This document shows positions 35,844 to 53,806 of a DNA stretch of 64,000 nucleotides, in pieces. Position numbers and translations under genes: made by a program. The notes under the pieces were generated by a model. That model was not told the origin of the DNA and ran no database searches. It saw nothing but the letters and a program-made list of their open reading frames with translations. Numbering within the stretch: position 1 is the first letter of the stretch; each line of letters opens with the position of its first letter. The stretch lies in the sequence record MN563784.1; one strand, 5' to 3'.

Positions 35844-35860
35844 TTTAAGATCTATATTAC
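35844..35860 (+). promoter_or_regulatory. phiKZ-type early promoter for the operon containing the nvRNAP subunit
   Basis: TTTAAGATC-TATATTAC. Confidence 0.78.
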
Positions 35861-35903
35861 AGTAATGATCATGATCTTCTAATTTAAAAATAGGTTAATC
35901 CAA

Positions 35904-36356
35904 ATGAACGTTCAATTATTTCCAGAAGTCATCGAAAGATGGCAAGATGCCCTAAGGGTATCTCTTATAGAAAAAAATACCATGGTAGATAATAAGATGT
36001 CTACCGTAGATGATGATAAATACATTAATACTTTCTTTGAAGAATTCCATCCTGTTCAGGATGCCTTTATGCCCAAAGGGCTAGAGGACTTTATTACTGA
36101 TTATGCCAAGAAAAACATTGAGGAGATCCTTCAAGAAAAACAGTTTAAGCGGGCCACCGAAAAGTTATATTGTTCGAGTGACCCGCATAAATGGCAGAAA
36201 TCAAGTAATAAGGAAAAGAGTGAATCCTTTAAGGGAAGGTCCGTACATCAAACTAAAAAGAGGCTCCCCAACATTGTAGATTTGGAGGCCGTTGTGATTA
36301 AGGTAGATTTCAATGGTAACACTAAAAATTGCGGGGCTTACTCAAGTATCAGTTAA
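35904..36356 (+). CDS. Hypothetical protein (gp121 position)
   Basis: 150 aa, RBS AGGT. Confidence 0.62.
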   Translation: MNVQLFPEVIERWQDALRVSLIEKNTMVDNKMSTVDDDKYINTFFEEFHPVQDAFMPKGLEDFITDYAKKNIEEILQEKQFKRATEKLYCSSDPHKWQKSSNKEKSESFKGRSVHQTKKRLPNIVDLEAVVIKVDFNGNTKNCGAYSSIS

Positions 36357-37395
36357 GCCTACTATCGATCACCCGTATGATAAGAAATCGGGAACTGCAT
36401 ACACTAAGGGTGATCCATACGCTAATTGGAATCTCCCTGTCTCACGTTTTGTTGAGTATCGGAATGAATCATTTCATCGTATTACTGTAGTCGATTCATC
36501 TGGTCACGCTATCAATATTGGGACATCCCGTAAGTATGTAATGTCTAATAGACTAGTAGTTAAGGTCATTTACCGATGGAGTGGTGATGATAGTTTTAAC
36601 TATGAAGTTATGGCTAAATCTATTCCAGGTTTTACACCTGAGGAAATGTTAGAATATATTCAGTCATTTAGTCGACAGACATTCGATCAGTTTAATAACC
36701 AGCTATCTGAGATTACTATTTGGTATTCAATTGACTTATCAAAACTAGTAGATCAGTATCATGGTGGTTGGATTCAGAGTTTAGGTATCCAAGTATTTAA
36801 AACTGAGTATAGTCAGTATTTTGAATTTTATCCAAATAGAAATATTAGTCCTCCTGGTTACAGCGGACTTAGTCCAGAAGAAGAAGCACTTTCTAATCAA
36901 GTATGGAATGAAACATATTCTTTAACGTATAATACTGACATCAATAAACCAGATAAATTGTTTTATGTAATGGCTGGCAGAATTATGGCCATTGAGTCAA
37001 TCTACAATCCATCATTAGATCCTGGTCTTATTGTTAATATCCGTGGTAAGCATGGATGTATTAGTCATAATGGCGAAAAGAGATATGTAATACCTCCTGA
37101 ACAGTTCCATGAAAATGGTTTCTTTAGAACACATGAAGAAGCTGCTGCAATGGTTGGAATTAAAGATAAGAAAGTTATTGAACGTCTTAAGACTGCACTC
37201 TTAACAGCGGCTGATATTAAGGAAAGGGAAGCCCAGGAAAAAGCAGCTGGTACGTTTGATAAAGAATTCAAACCAAAAGATGTTGTATTGATTCATGGTC
37301 TAAAATGGGGTGATCTAAACTCCATTGCCTCTGATCTAGTATCATCCATTAAAATTGTAGGTTCACTGATGGATTTAATTTTGCCAAAAGTTTAG
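36313..37395 (+). CDS. Conserved hypothetical protein (gp122 position)
   Basis: 360 aa; synteny. Confidence 0.68.
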   Translation: MVTLKIAGLTQVSVKPTIDHPYDKKSGTAYTKGDPYANWNLPVSRFVEYRNESFHRITVVDSSGHAINIGTSRKYVMSNRLVVKVIYRWSGDDSFNYEVMAKSIPGFTPEEMLEYIQSFSRQTFDQFNNQLSEITIWYSIDLSKLVDQYHGGWIQSLGIQVFKTEYSQYFEFYPNRNISPPGYSGLSPEEEALSNQVWNETYSLTYNTDINKPDKLFYVMAGRIMAIESIYNPSLDPGLIVNIRGKHGCISHNGEKRYVIPPEQFHENGFFRTHEEAAAMVGIKDKKVIERLKTALLTAADIKEREAQEKAAGTFDKEFKPKDVVLIHGLKWGDLNSIASDLVSSIKIVGSLMDLILPKV

Positions 37396-37404
37396 GAGTT
37401 TATA

Positions 37405-39036
37405 ATGCCGGATCCATTTCTAATTGAAAAGATTCGTGAAAATACGCCTTGCATGAATCCAACACTAGCAAATGGTATCACAGTCGAACACACCATGACT
37501 CGTGATCCAAATACTGGTGTTAATATGACCAGGCGTTATATTGATTCTTTATTTGATATCAGTTCAGTTCTATTTCCCGATGGCTTCAAATATGAAGGCA
37601 ATCGTGCATGTACACCGCTTAAGCATTTTGAAGAGATTACTCGGGAATATAATGCTAAGCGTATTGCCAATATTGCTCCAACTGACATGTACATGATTGA
37701 CCTAATGTTTAGTTATAAAGGGGAAATGCTTTATCCTCGTCCAATGTTGTTACCAGCTTTTAAGAGAGGCAATATGGTAACTATCAATGGTGCGAAATAT
37801 ATCGGTTCACCAGTATTAACTGATGTTGGGTTCTCTGTACTTAATGATAGCATCTTCATCCCGTTTCGTCGTACTAAGCTAACCTTTAAACAAACTGACC
37901 ACCATTACATGTGCAATGGTCAGCGTAAAATCATGTATGTGATCTGGTCACAGATTCACAATGAAATGGCTAAGCGTACTAAACGAGATCTGGATAATCG
38001 ACCACATATTGAGTCATGTTTAGCTCATTATTTCTTCTGTCAGTTTGGAGTAACTCAAACTTTCAAACAATGGGCTAATGTAGATGTTAAGTGTGGACTG
38101 CTGTCTGATTTTCCTGAAGAAGAATATCCACGTGAAAAGTGGAATATTTATTCCAGTGCAACATTAAAAGGCAAACATCCCACCGGTGAAATGGTTCTTG
38201 TTATACCTCGTCATCAAGAATCTATTTTTGCCACACGACTTATCGCTGGTTTCTGGTATGTGGTCGATGCATTTCCAATGCGGTTTACTCGACCTGAATA
38301 TGTAGATAGTACCAACTTATGGCGTGTTATCCTAGGTCACATGGTGTTTGGTGATTTTGAGCACCAAGGTAAAGTAGAGGAAAACATTGATTCACACCTA
38401 CACAGTTTCTGTAATTCACTAGACGAAATGACTATTGAAGAACTTAAAACAGTTGGTGTCAATGTAAGTACTATTTGGGAACTTCTTTACGAGATCATGA
38501 CTAGTTTGGCTCATCATCTTTATGCTACTGATATTGATGAAACTAGTATGTATGGTAAAAGGTTAACAGTACTGCATTACTTGATGTCAGAGTTTAACTA
38601 TGCTGTAAGTATGTTTGGTTATATGTTCCAGTCTAGGCGTGATCGTGAATGGACTGTACAAGAGCTAAACGAAGGTTTAAAACGTTCTTTTAAACTACAG
38701 ACAGCTATTAAACGATTAACAGTGGACCATGGTGAACTCGATACAATGAGTAATCCAAACTCCAGTATGTTGATTAAAGGGACATCTATCCTAGTTACAC
38801 AGGATCGCGCTAAAACAGCTAAGGCTCATAATAAGTCTCTAATCAATGACTCATCTAGGATTATTCACGCATCTATTGCTGAGGTAGGTCAATATAAAAA
38901 CCAACCTAAGAACAACCCGGATGGTCGAGGTAGGCTTAATATGTATACCAAAGTGGGTCCAACTGGACTAGTTGAACGTCGTGAAGAAGTGCGTGAAATA
39001 ATTGACAACGCTCAATTAATGTTCCGTGCAAAATAA
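37405..39036 (+). CDS. gp123: Non-virion RNA polymerase subunit, N-terminal part of split beta
   Basis: 543 aa starting MPDPFLIEKIRENTPCMNP; LPAFKRGNMVTINGAKY resembles RNAP beta region; position. Confidence 0.82.
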   Translation: MPDPFLIEKIRENTPCMNPTLANGITVEHTMTRDPNTGVNMTRRYIDSLFDISSVLFPDGFKYEGNRACTPLKHFEEITREYNAKRIANIAPTDMYMIDLMFSYKGEMLYPRPMLLPAFKRGNMVTINGAKYIGSPVLTDVGFSVLNDSIFIPFRRTKLTFKQTDHHYMCNGQRKIMYVIWSQIHNEMAKRTKRDLDNRPHIESCLAHYFFCQFGVTQTFKQWANVDVKCGLLSDFPEEEYPREKWNIYSSATLKGKHPTGEMVLVIPRHQESIFATRLIAGFWYVVDAFPMRFTRPEYVDSTNLWRVILGHMVFGDFEHQGKVEENIDSHLHSFCNSLDEMTIEELKTVGVNVSTIWELLYEIMTSLAHHLYATDIDETSMYGKRLTVLHYLMSEFNYAVSMFGYMFQSRRDREWTVQELNEGLKRSFKLQTAIKRLTVDHGELDTMSNPNSSMLIKGTSILVTQDRAKTAKAHNKSLINDSSRIIHASIAEVGQYKNQPKNNPDGRGRLNMYTKVGPTGLVERREEVREIIDNAQLMFRAK

Positions 39037-39071
39037 ATTAAATCTTTAACTACTTAATAGGTATTATTCAC

Positions 39072-41237
39072 ATGAACTATGCACAGTACAATCTACCTGT
39101 CGATTTTGAGAGTGTAGATACCAGTACTTTCGATCCTAACCTACCTAATGGGAATTATCTGTTTAGCCTACCGCTACAGTTATCACCACATCAACAACAT
39201 CCTCAACTACAACCATATTTCAATGGTGTAATTGGGCTGTTCCGGCTGAATGCTCAAAATGCTGCTACTACCACCCAGCTTCATGCATTTGCGTATAATC
39301 TGCTATCTAGTAATGGTTTTCAGAATAACTATTATCAGCAGTGGGCTCAGAAAGTTATTGACTTTCTAGAGTTTCTATTTATTCATCGTCAAATGGTGAA
39401 TAACCCACAGCAGGCAATGCAGCAAGCTGCATCTCTAGTATGGTCTGGTTTTGTTGGTAAATGTGCTCAAACCTTCCCGCAGCTACAAAGTCTAGTTCAA
39501 CATCTAATGCCGAATATCCAACAGGCACTTGGTGTAATCGGGCAGATTGAATCAGATATCCAAAAGATGCGTATGGGTGGTAACACCATGATGCAGGGTG
39601 GATATCAACAACCTGGTGTACAGCCTGGAAGTTTCCCTGGGATGGGTGCAGCAATGGGTCGTCCTGGCATGAGTTCACAACTACCTCCAATTAACGCAGG
39701 TATCCAACAGACCTATGGTCAACCGGCTACCATGGCTAATCCGCAGCTGAACATTCCAGGGGCATATACACCAACAACTAATCATGACACTGGTCCATCA
39801 ATTGCAAATGCTGCATATGACGTACCTGGTTCTTCTCCTTTCCTGGAAAACAAACCAGTCATGCAACCTAAAGACTCTTGGGGTGCCACTGTTGAAGTAT
39901 CTCCAAATAGTAGTTATGATACAATCCCTGGTGGAGGTGATGTAATGATTCTACCTGAACTACAACAAAATGCAAATACTGTAACTAATGATAATACGGA
40001 TCTACCCATCCCTCAAGATGTGAAAGAACTCGTATTCGATCCGAACTATTATGTACCCAATGGATTTGTAATTAATAAAGATCGTCCGATGGATGTTATC
40101 TATAATCCAGGTGGCATTGAAATCCGACCTGCTCATCTAGTTGCAGATAAACCTGATTGGGTACGTACTGCTAGTTCAGCTAATCCATACAGCATCCTAA
40201 TGGATCCGGCAGTATATTGTCGCTTCCTTGCTAAATGGCCTGATAACACTGTACATGAAGTATATCGTAAGTGGGAGAATCACATGGAAATGGATTATCT
40301 AAAGCATGAGCTTCAAGATGATCTCCGTCGTCAAGCACATCGTGGTGGTGGTGCGCGTACTGCAACCAGTTATAAGCTATCTACCATTATGGGTGATGCC
40401 AAACCGGTTAAAGAAGTAGCCGAAGAGTTTTCACCAAATGATGCTGGGTTAACTGATAATCGTGAACATGATCCAGTTATCCTAGAAGGTTATATTGCTT
40501 GTGCAAATAATCTTGAAGCAGAAGCTGGTGCACTCAATGCAGTTCGTGAAGCACTTGAGCTAAGCGAAGATGATGTAGTTCCAGCACATGAGTATCGCGC
40601 AGCATCATCCCATCCATTTGATGCTTCAACTGAAGTCATGTATGAGATCGAGGATATTCGAAAAGAACCCGATCCGCATCTAATTGCAAAGCGCCTTAAG
40701 CAACTAATGCTAGATGGTAAGCTGGCTCAACGCTACTATCGGTTCCTAGTTGAAAGGCTCACCAGTGCAGTTAATGAGTTCCTGGCTGATTCAATGAGTC
40801 AGAAGGTAACCATTGATGACTTCTGTGAAGATATCGGTGACCTTATCGCATATCTGATCGGTAAGAAGGGTAAGTCAGTAGCTGATAAATTTACCGCTAG
40901 TATTCCGTTTATTGTTGGACGGAGTATGTGTGTTAATATTGATCCAGAAGAAGGTAATTCTATTCTAGATCTATCAGTGCGTTTCCAAACTGGCTGGCGC
41001 CTTGAGGAACTATCCTGCCTAAATATTTATACCGAGAAAGCAGTGCTTATCAGTAAACTTACTGAACCTAAGATTACTCAAGTAATCATGGGAATGGCAA
41101 AGCGTCTAAATAGCTCTAAAGATTCAGATGATGCACGTACCCACAAAATGTACATTATCACTGCTGATGGATCTTATCTACAAGTTATTCGTGGCGCTCT
41201 TGTTGATAATGCTGTTCTACTTAAGCTTATCAAATAA
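39072..41237 (+). CDS. Conserved hypothetical protein with Q/M/G/P-rich low-complexity segment (gp124 position)
   Basis: 721 aa; MRMGGNTMMQGGYQQPGVQPGSFPGMGAAMGRPGM segment. Confidence 0.7.
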   Translation: MNYAQYNLPVDFESVDTSTFDPNLPNGNYLFSLPLQLSPHQQHPQLQPYFNGVIGLFRLNAQNAATTTQLHAFAYNLLSSNGFQNNYYQQWAQKVIDFLEFLFIHRQMVNNPQQAMQQAASLVWSGFVGKCAQTFPQLQSLVQHLMPNIQQALGVIGQIESDIQKMRMGGNTMMQGGYQQPGVQPGSFPGMGAAMGRPGMSSQLPPINAGIQQTYGQPATMANPQLNIPGAYTPTTNHDTGPSIANAAYDVPGSSPFLENKPVMQPKDSWGATVEVSPNSSYDTIPGGGDVMILPELQQNANTVTNDNTDLPIPQDVKELVFDPNYYVPNGFVINKDRPMDVIYNPGGIEIRPAHLVADKPDWVRTASSANPYSILMDPAVYCRFLAKWPDNTVHEVYRKWENHMEMDYLKHELQDDLRRQAHRGGGARTATSYKLSTIMGDAKPVKEVAEEFSPNDAGLTDNREHDPVILEGYIACANNLEAEAGALNAVREALELSEDDVVPAHEYRAASSHPFDASTEVMYEIEDIRKEPDPHLIAKRLKQLMLDGKLAQRYYRFLVERLTSAVNEFLADSMSQKVTIDDFCEDIGDLIAYLIGKKGKSVADKFTASIPFIVGRSMCVNIDPEEGNSILDLSVRFQTGWRLEELSCLNIYTEKAVLISKLTEPKITQVIMGMAKRLNSSKDSDDARTHKMYIITADGSYLQVIRGALVDNAVLLKLIK

Positions 41238-41245
41238 GCATGAAA

Positions 41246-41272
41246 GCCCCTCTTCGGAGGGGCTTATTTATG
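41246..41272 (+). terminator. Intrinsic terminator
   Basis: GCCCCTC-TTCG-GAGGGGC then TTATTTATG. Confidence 0.82.
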
Positions 41273-41317
41273 AGTAATGTATAGTTTAATCAAATATTGT
41301 AAAAAAGGAGTAATACA

Positions 41318-41950
41318 ATGCTAGCTAAAATGAATAAATTCTTTAAAGAATTACTAAACAAAAATACGGTGAATATGGCAGGACTATTCGATGATGTGGT
41401 ATTGATGAATAGTTATAGTAACTATAAACCAGATTTTAATGACACTGTAGAAGTAAATACAAAATGTGATCTACCGGCAAATGGTAAAGTTCTAGTTCTA
41501 TATGTCGTTCAAGATACAATGGATATGTATATTTGGGATGGCCAACAATATCTTTCTTATAATCCATATTCCACTGAGCAATTAGCACCAATGATTGATG
41601 ACCCATCAGCATTTATTCCATCAACCAAAGCTAATACTTCTCTAAAAGTAACTTATGGTATCTGGGCGCTTAAGAAAGATCTAGAAACTATCCAGAAGTA
41701 TTCAATTGGAATGCACACTCTTCTTGATAAACATTCACTAGCACGAGTTAATGATAAGAATCCTATTAATAAGGTATTCTTCGAAACATGTCATAAAGCC
41801 CTATATACTGCACTTCGTGAATCATACAAAAACAATATGGTTAAACCACAAATCGCAGATGCAGTTACCAAGGAAGGATGTTGGTTTGGGCGAGATCATC
41901 GATCTAATAAACTGTCATTTAAATGCGGTGAATTTAAGGTTGAATGGTAA
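41318..41950 (+). CDS. Hypothetical protein (gp125 position)
   Basis: 210 aa, RBS AAGGAG. Confidence 0.68.
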   Translation: MLAKMNKFFKELLNKNTVNMAGLFDDVVLMNSYSNYKPDFNDTVEVNTKCDLPANGKVLVLYVVQDTMDMYIWDGQQYLSYNPYSTEQLAPMIDDPSAFIPSTKANTSLKVTYGIWALKKDLETIQKYSIGMHTLLDKHSLARVNDKNPINKVFFETCHKALYTALRESYKNNMVKPQIADAVTKEGCWFGRDHRSNKLSFKCGEFKVEW

Positions 41951-41970
41951 TAATTAAGTAATGGCATAAA

Positions 41971-41992
41971 CCCCTCTCCGCATGGAGAGGGG
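41971..41992. terminator. Bidirectional terminator between convergent genes
   Basis: CCCCTCTCC-GCAT-GGAGAGGGG flanked by CATAA and TATG. Confidence 0.8.
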
Positions 41993-42014
41993 CTATGTCT
42001 TTATTTTTTTTTAT

Positions 42015-42458
42015 TTAACTACTTTCAAATTCAAGAGTTACTGGTATTGTTGGTATCCACGACAAGTTATTAAAGTATGGATGTATCGTAACCGTATTCC
42101 CAGTAATAGGTTGCGGTTGTATCTCATCTATAATAAATGGAATACCGTAAACATCTCTTAATTTTTCAGCTACTTCTAAATTATCAGTATAGTCAGTTGG
42201 TTTACCCGGTACTTTTATACCAAGACAGTACTCTGGTAAAGAGCGTCTATTAAAGTAAATAACTGTCTCACCTTTAAAATAAAGTGAACTGGTCTTCGCT
42301 CTCATTGTTGTTTTGGCATTTGTACCAGTTGCTAAGAATGTATCAGTCCCTATAAATTCAACATCATCAACAGTTAAATCCCTAGGCTTACCATTATTAT
42401 CTTTAGGTTTATTAGCCACATTCCAAGCAGCTACTAATTCAGCTCTTGTATCAGCCAT
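42015..42458 (-). CDS. Virion structural protein (gp126 position)
   Basis: 147 aa; YFNRRSL motif resembling the YxRLDF module. Confidence 0.62.
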   Translation of the reverse strand: MADTRAELVAAWNVANKPKDNNGKPRDLTVDDVEFIGTDTFLATGTNAKTTMRAKTSSLYFKGETVIYFNRRSLPEYCLGIKVPGKPTDYTDNLEVAEKLRDVYGIPFIIDEIQPQPITGNTVTIHPYFNNLSWIPTIPVTLEFESS

Positions 42459-42466
42459 TACACACC

Positions 42467-43342
<876 letters not shown>

Positions 43343-43349
43343 TCGCTCC

Positions 43350-45530
<2,181 letters not shown>

Positions 45531-45550
45531 TTACTCACTTTAAAATTTAG

Positions 45551-48241
<2,691 letters not shown>

Positions 48242-48261
48242 TAATTTCTAAACAACATAAT

Positions 48262-48282
48262 GCCCTCCCATTACGGGAGGGC
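48262..48282. terminator. Bidirectional terminator
   Basis: GCCCTCCC-ATTAC-GGGAGGGC flanked by ACATAA and TTATG. Confidence 0.82.
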
Positions 48283-48290
48283 TTATGACG

Positions 48291-49574
<1,284 letters not shown>

Positions 49575-49671
49575 CTATTAGTCTCCATGGAATGATTGGA
49601 CAATCCTATGTGAATTTCACATCATTACGCTAACAAATTGCGCAATAGCGTTTTATTAAAGGAGGGCAACC

Positions 49672-51987
49672 ATGGCCCACGGTGAAACTGGGTTATATCC
49701 ATTCGACCCCAATGGAACAAATCCCCAGAACTTTATTAAAGGTGAGCGCCAAACTCTCCAGGTACCAGATGGTGATGATTATTATTTCATTATACCATTT
49801 GCTGCACCTTTCTTTGTAGATTCATTACGACTATTTAACCCACTGACCAATCAGACTTATGTAGAAGGTGTTGATTACCTTATTGGGCATTGGTTTATTG
49901 AAGCTATGGAATCGATAGGTAGACCTATCGCTGGATCTATACGTATCATGAAGCGTTCGATAAACGCTATGATTGGTATGGATTATCGTACAATAGGTGG
50001 GCAATGGGGATTTAGTAATCAGCAGATCCTGGCTGAGCTTGCACGCAAACAGTATAACCCCTTGATTCGGTCATGGGGTGCAATTGGTCCATTACCTGCT
50101 TCTTTCCCACCTTTAGAACACAATCAACCTATTGATTCATTAGTAGGTAGTAAAGAGATTCTTGAAGGTATCGAAGGGATTATAGAAGCTATCCGTGCTG
50201 CGGCTGCCGGTACAACTGACCAACATATTCGTGATTATAATAACCCACACAGGGTAACTAAAGCACAAGTTGGCTTGTCACTAGTTCCAAACTACGCAAT
50301 GGCAAGTGATCAACAGCATTTAGATGCTAATCGTAATGATCTATTTACGAACCCACGTGGTACATTAGCATTAGTTAATAAGTTTGCCGTAAATCCGCTT
50401 AATGCCCACATAGCGGCTAGGGGTAACGTACACGGTCTAACAGCAGCTGATATTAATTTAGGTAATGTTCCTAACTACCCAGCTGCAACACCAACTACTG
50501 CGGTAGACGTAACTAATGATTCGGTATTATTAACACCTTATACTGCATCTATTCTCTATAGTCAGATTGGTGATGCTTCTAGAATTAATGAACTAGAAGA
50601 GAAACTTAATCAACATATTAGTAATGAAAATAACCCACACGTTGTAACTGCCGACCAGGTTAATGCATATACTAAAACACAAGTTGATCAACTACTGGCA
50701 GGACTAGGTGGTGGTGATGCTTCTACCTTTGGTGGATTAACACCTGAGCAATGGAAAGATGAATTCCCATCATTCGGTGATATTGAAAGGATGGCAGCCG
50801 GCTATAACGCTAACTGGGATGATGTACAATTAAAGATAGATACATTACCAGTTATTGTGGATGATACTAGTGAATATGACCGAATGGAATTAATTCAAGG
50901 TGTCACGGCAGGTTTCCATGCTTATGCTGGATTTAATAGTTGGTGGGATTGTACAATTGTCAGAGATGACTGTGTAGTTCATCCTAAATCGCCAGCTAAC
51001 CCTTATGCTGTTATACCAGAGCGTTTAGGATATGCTCAGGAATCCTGGGTATCTCACCGATATGGTCAGTATTGGGTAGAGAATGGTGTAGCCAAGTCAG
51101 CATGTATCGATGAAACTAAAGTCGATGAGATGATACCAATTCCAGTAGAATGGACTGCACCTATAGATGGAAATATTCCTTCAAGTATCTGGGCGAATAA
51201 AACATCTCTGTATATGTTAACAGGTAAGTTCATCTTTAGTTCAACAGGTGAATCAGCAATCTTTGAGCACCAAGATCTTTATCGTTGTGTTAAAGGTGGT
51301 ACATCTGAACTATTAGTACCTGCTGCTAATAAACCATGGGCTATATTTACCAATACTGAAGACACCTATCCTGGTGAAATGACAGTTGTTGTAAACATAG
51401 GTCCAGCTAGCAGTGCTGACTATGTATATACAGCTTATGGTATCCCAAGCTTCATTAGTGCTTTTAATGATTTTGTTAACAACACAATTAAACCATTGAA
51501 TCATGTTATTGATTCAATGTCAATTGGTTGCACCCACATCATCATGCATTCAATAGATCCATTAGTTGCTCCTGAAGATTATACATCTGAATCTAGTAAA
51601 GTACATGTCATGGAAATCATCCGCAATGGTAATGATACATCCTTTATGGTTATCTCGCCATTATGGTTTGATGGACGTGGTAACGATGTAACTGCTAATG
51701 TAAATAGTAACCCAATTGGTGGTGTATCAGGATTGTACACACATTACACAGTGATGTATGGTGATGGCCAAATCGCTTTCTTCGGAAATAACGATAATGG
51801 ACAATGTGACGTAGATGACCATGCTGGACCATATATTCAATTGGCAGCAGGGCATAATTTCACTGTGACAGTAAATACTTTGAATCAAGTCATGTTCTGG
51901 GGAGATTCACCTGATAACTCCTTATTATGGAATGGCAGGGGTACACGTGTGAAACATATTGAACCAACTCCACCCACTGGTCCATAA
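49672..51987 (+). CDS. Tail fibre/baseplate protein (gp131 position)
   Basis: 771 aa; YPFDPNG start; H..NPH.VT..QVGL..V.NY repeats; RCC1/propeller-like C-terminus. Confidence 0.8.
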   Translation: MAHGETGLYPFDPNGTNPQNFIKGERQTLQVPDGDDYYFIIPFAAPFFVDSLRLFNPLTNQTYVEGVDYLIGHWFIEAMESIGRPIAGSIRIMKRSINAMIGMDYRTIGGQWGFSNQQILAELARKQYNPLIRSWGAIGPLPASFPPLEHNQPIDSLVGSKEILEGIEGIIEAIRAAAAGTTDQHIRDYNNPHRVTKAQVGLSLVPNYAMASDQQHLDANRNDLFTNPRGTLALVNKFAVNPLNAHIAARGNVHGLTAADINLGNVPNYPAATPTTAVDVTNDSVLLTPYTASILYSQIGDASRINELEEKLNQHISNENNPHVVTADQVNAYTKTQVDQLLAGLGGGDASTFGGLTPEQWKDEFPSFGDIERMAAGYNANWDDVQLKIDTLPVIVDDTSEYDRMELIQGVTAGFHAYAGFNSWWDCTIVRDDCVVHPKSPANPYAVIPERLGYAQESWVSHRYGQYWVENGVAKSACIDETKVDEMIPIPVEWTAPIDGNIPSSIWANKTSLYMLTGKFIFSSTGESAIFEHQDLYRCVKGGTSELLVPAANKPWAIFTNTEDTYPGEMTVVVNIGPASSADYVYTAYGIPSFISAFNDFVNNTIKPLNHVIDSMSIGCTHIIMHSIDPLVAPEDYTSESSKVHVMEIIRNGNDTSFMVISPLWFDGRGNDVTANVNSNPIGGVSGLYTHYTVMYGDGQIAFFGNNDNGQCDVDDHAGPYIQLAAGHNFTVTVNTLNQVMFWGDSPDNSLLWNGRGTRVKHIEPTPPTGP

Positions 51988-51999
51988 GAGGATTTAAAA

Positions 52000-52332
52000 A
52001 TGGCAGAAGTTACACGTCAAGAGATGGATGCTCAAATAAATGCTTCTATTAGTAATCAAGGCTTATTTACTAAGGCAGTCCTTAATAAATTCATAGCCGT
52101 TATTAATAGGATCAATGGGCATATTGCAGCTAGAGGTAACCCACATAATCTGCAACCATCGGATATTGGTCTTGGTAATGTGGCTAACTATCGTCCAGCT
52201 ACTAAGAAGCGTGCACAAGAAGGTTTCAATAACACTACGTACATGACTCCTAAACGGACAGATGATTATAATCGAGTGCACATATACGGTCCACTTGCGA
52301 AATTATTTAATGACGCAGCAGACCGTCTATAA
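52000..52332 (+). CDS. Short gp131-family paralog (gp132 position)
   Basis: HIAARGNPHNLQPSDIGLGNVANY repeat. Confidence 0.72.
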   Translation: MAEVTRQEMDAQINASISNQGLFTKAVLNKFIAVINRINGHIAARGNPHNLQPSDIGLGNVANYRPATKKRAQEGFNNTTYMTPKRTDDYNRVHIYGPLAKLFNDAADRL

Positions 52333-52349
52333 ACATCTGACCCGGCATA

Positions 52350-52380
52350 AGAGACACAGCCAAAAGCTGTGTCTCTTTTT
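52350..52380 (+). terminator. Intrinsic terminator
   Basis: AGAGACACAGC-CAAAA-GCTGTGTCTCT then TTTT. Confidence 0.8.
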
Positions 52381-52406
52381 GCTGTTTCAGTTAAAAGGTA
52401 TTTCTT

Positions 52407-53795
52407 ATGTATAATCCTATTTTACAATTACCATTTGATCCATTAGGTACAAATCCAGATTGTTTCATTGGTAGCGAGCCTCATACTCTAGTTCAGTATC
52501 AGGGATTCGACTATAGAATCATCAAGTTATATCATGGTGGATTCTATACAAAAGGGTTAGAAGTTTATGATGGTAAATATAATCGTTTAGTTAAAGATAT
52601 TGATTATATTGTTACTTATTATCACAAAGATGCTAGTGCGTATGTCGGTCAAGAAATATGTTCAGCAATTGTTTTCTTAAAAACACCTAGTACACCAATA
52701 GTGTATACTTCAGCTCACATGGTAGGCGGTGATCTAGCGTTTAGTTTCACAGTTATCGACGATTATATTAACTGGTGGAAAACAAATGGTAAGCCAAAGC
52801 CAAAAGATCTCGACTACACTGGTAACGAACCATATTGGAAAGACGGTGAGTTAGTTGGCGAACGATGGCATCTTGATACGTATCAGCCTTATAATAACGA
52901 GATGGAGTGGATAACACAGGCACTCATGGCTGGTGATACAAGCGGTGAAGATGAATACCGTAGTAAAGTTAAAGAGATTTATGATGAGTTCTTAAAGAAA
53001 TTTAATGATCGCCTAGAAAAACATATTCAAGATAAAGCTAATCCACACAAGATTACCCCAACTAATGTTGAACTAGGTTTAGTTAATAACTTTCCATTGG
53101 CTACTCCAGCCATTGCTCAACTAGGTCAATCTAATGCACATTATCTAACACCGCAGTTAGCATATGGCGTATTAGATGAAATAGCTATAAAACCACTTAA
53201 TGCCCACATAGCTCGCCGTGATAATCCACATAAAGTCAAAAATACGCATGTACAGTCGTATTTGAAAAGTGATTTTGATTCACGAATTACTGGTAAATAT
53301 TTAAAGACTGATACAGTAGCTAATACTAATATGGTTTATTATAAACCTAAAGGGCAACCAACTGCTACTTTAATGGGTTATAGCGATCTTATTTGGTGGA
53401 TGCGTAAGAACTTTGACACAGACGTGAACTTTACAGCTGGCGATGGCCAGAGTAATGTCATCAATATAAATCGGATTGGTTCCGGGGCAATGGGACAATG
53501 GAAAGCACCACTCCGTGGGAATGGTATTTTTACACACTTTGATCAATTAGCCACAGAGTATTCATATCCGGTTAAGTTAAAGTTTTATGCACTAGGATTA
53601 CAACCATCCGTGCAAGCAGCATTAGATTTCTGTAGAACTAACTTCACTAATCCAGATGCATGGCCTATTGGATCTACTGTATTCTTCACTATTAAAGAAC
53701 AGAAAATCCAGGCAGCTGGTAACGGATTGATTTTCGTTGATTATACTCCTAACTACGTGTGTTTCCGTTCACAAGGTGGCTGGGTAATTCCATAA
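52407..53795 (+). CDS. gp131-family tail fibre paralog (gp133 position)
   Basis: LPFDPLG start; NPH repeats. Confidence 0.75.
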   Translation: MYNPILQLPFDPLGTNPDCFIGSEPHTLVQYQGFDYRIIKLYHGGFYTKGLEVYDGKYNRLVKDIDYIVTYYHKDASAYVGQEICSAIVFLKTPSTPIVYTSAHMVGGDLAFSFTVIDDYINWWKTNGKPKPKDLDYTGNEPYWKDGELVGERWHLDTYQPYNNEMEWITQALMAGDTSGEDEYRSKVKEIYDEFLKKFNDRLEKHIQDKANPHKITPTNVELGLVNNFPLATPAIAQLGQSNAHYLTPQLAYGVLDEIAIKPLNAHIARRDNPHKVKNTHVQSYLKSDFDSRITGKYLKTDTVANTNMVYYKPKGQPTATLMGYSDLIWWMRKNFDTDVNFTAGDGQSNVININRIGSGAMGQWKAPLRGNGIFTHFDQLATEYSYPVKLKFYALGLQPSVQAALDFCRTNFTNPDAWPIGSTVFFTIKEQKIQAAGNGLIFVDYTPNYVCFRSQGGWVIP

Positions 53796-53806
53796 GGATA
53801 GTTTAG

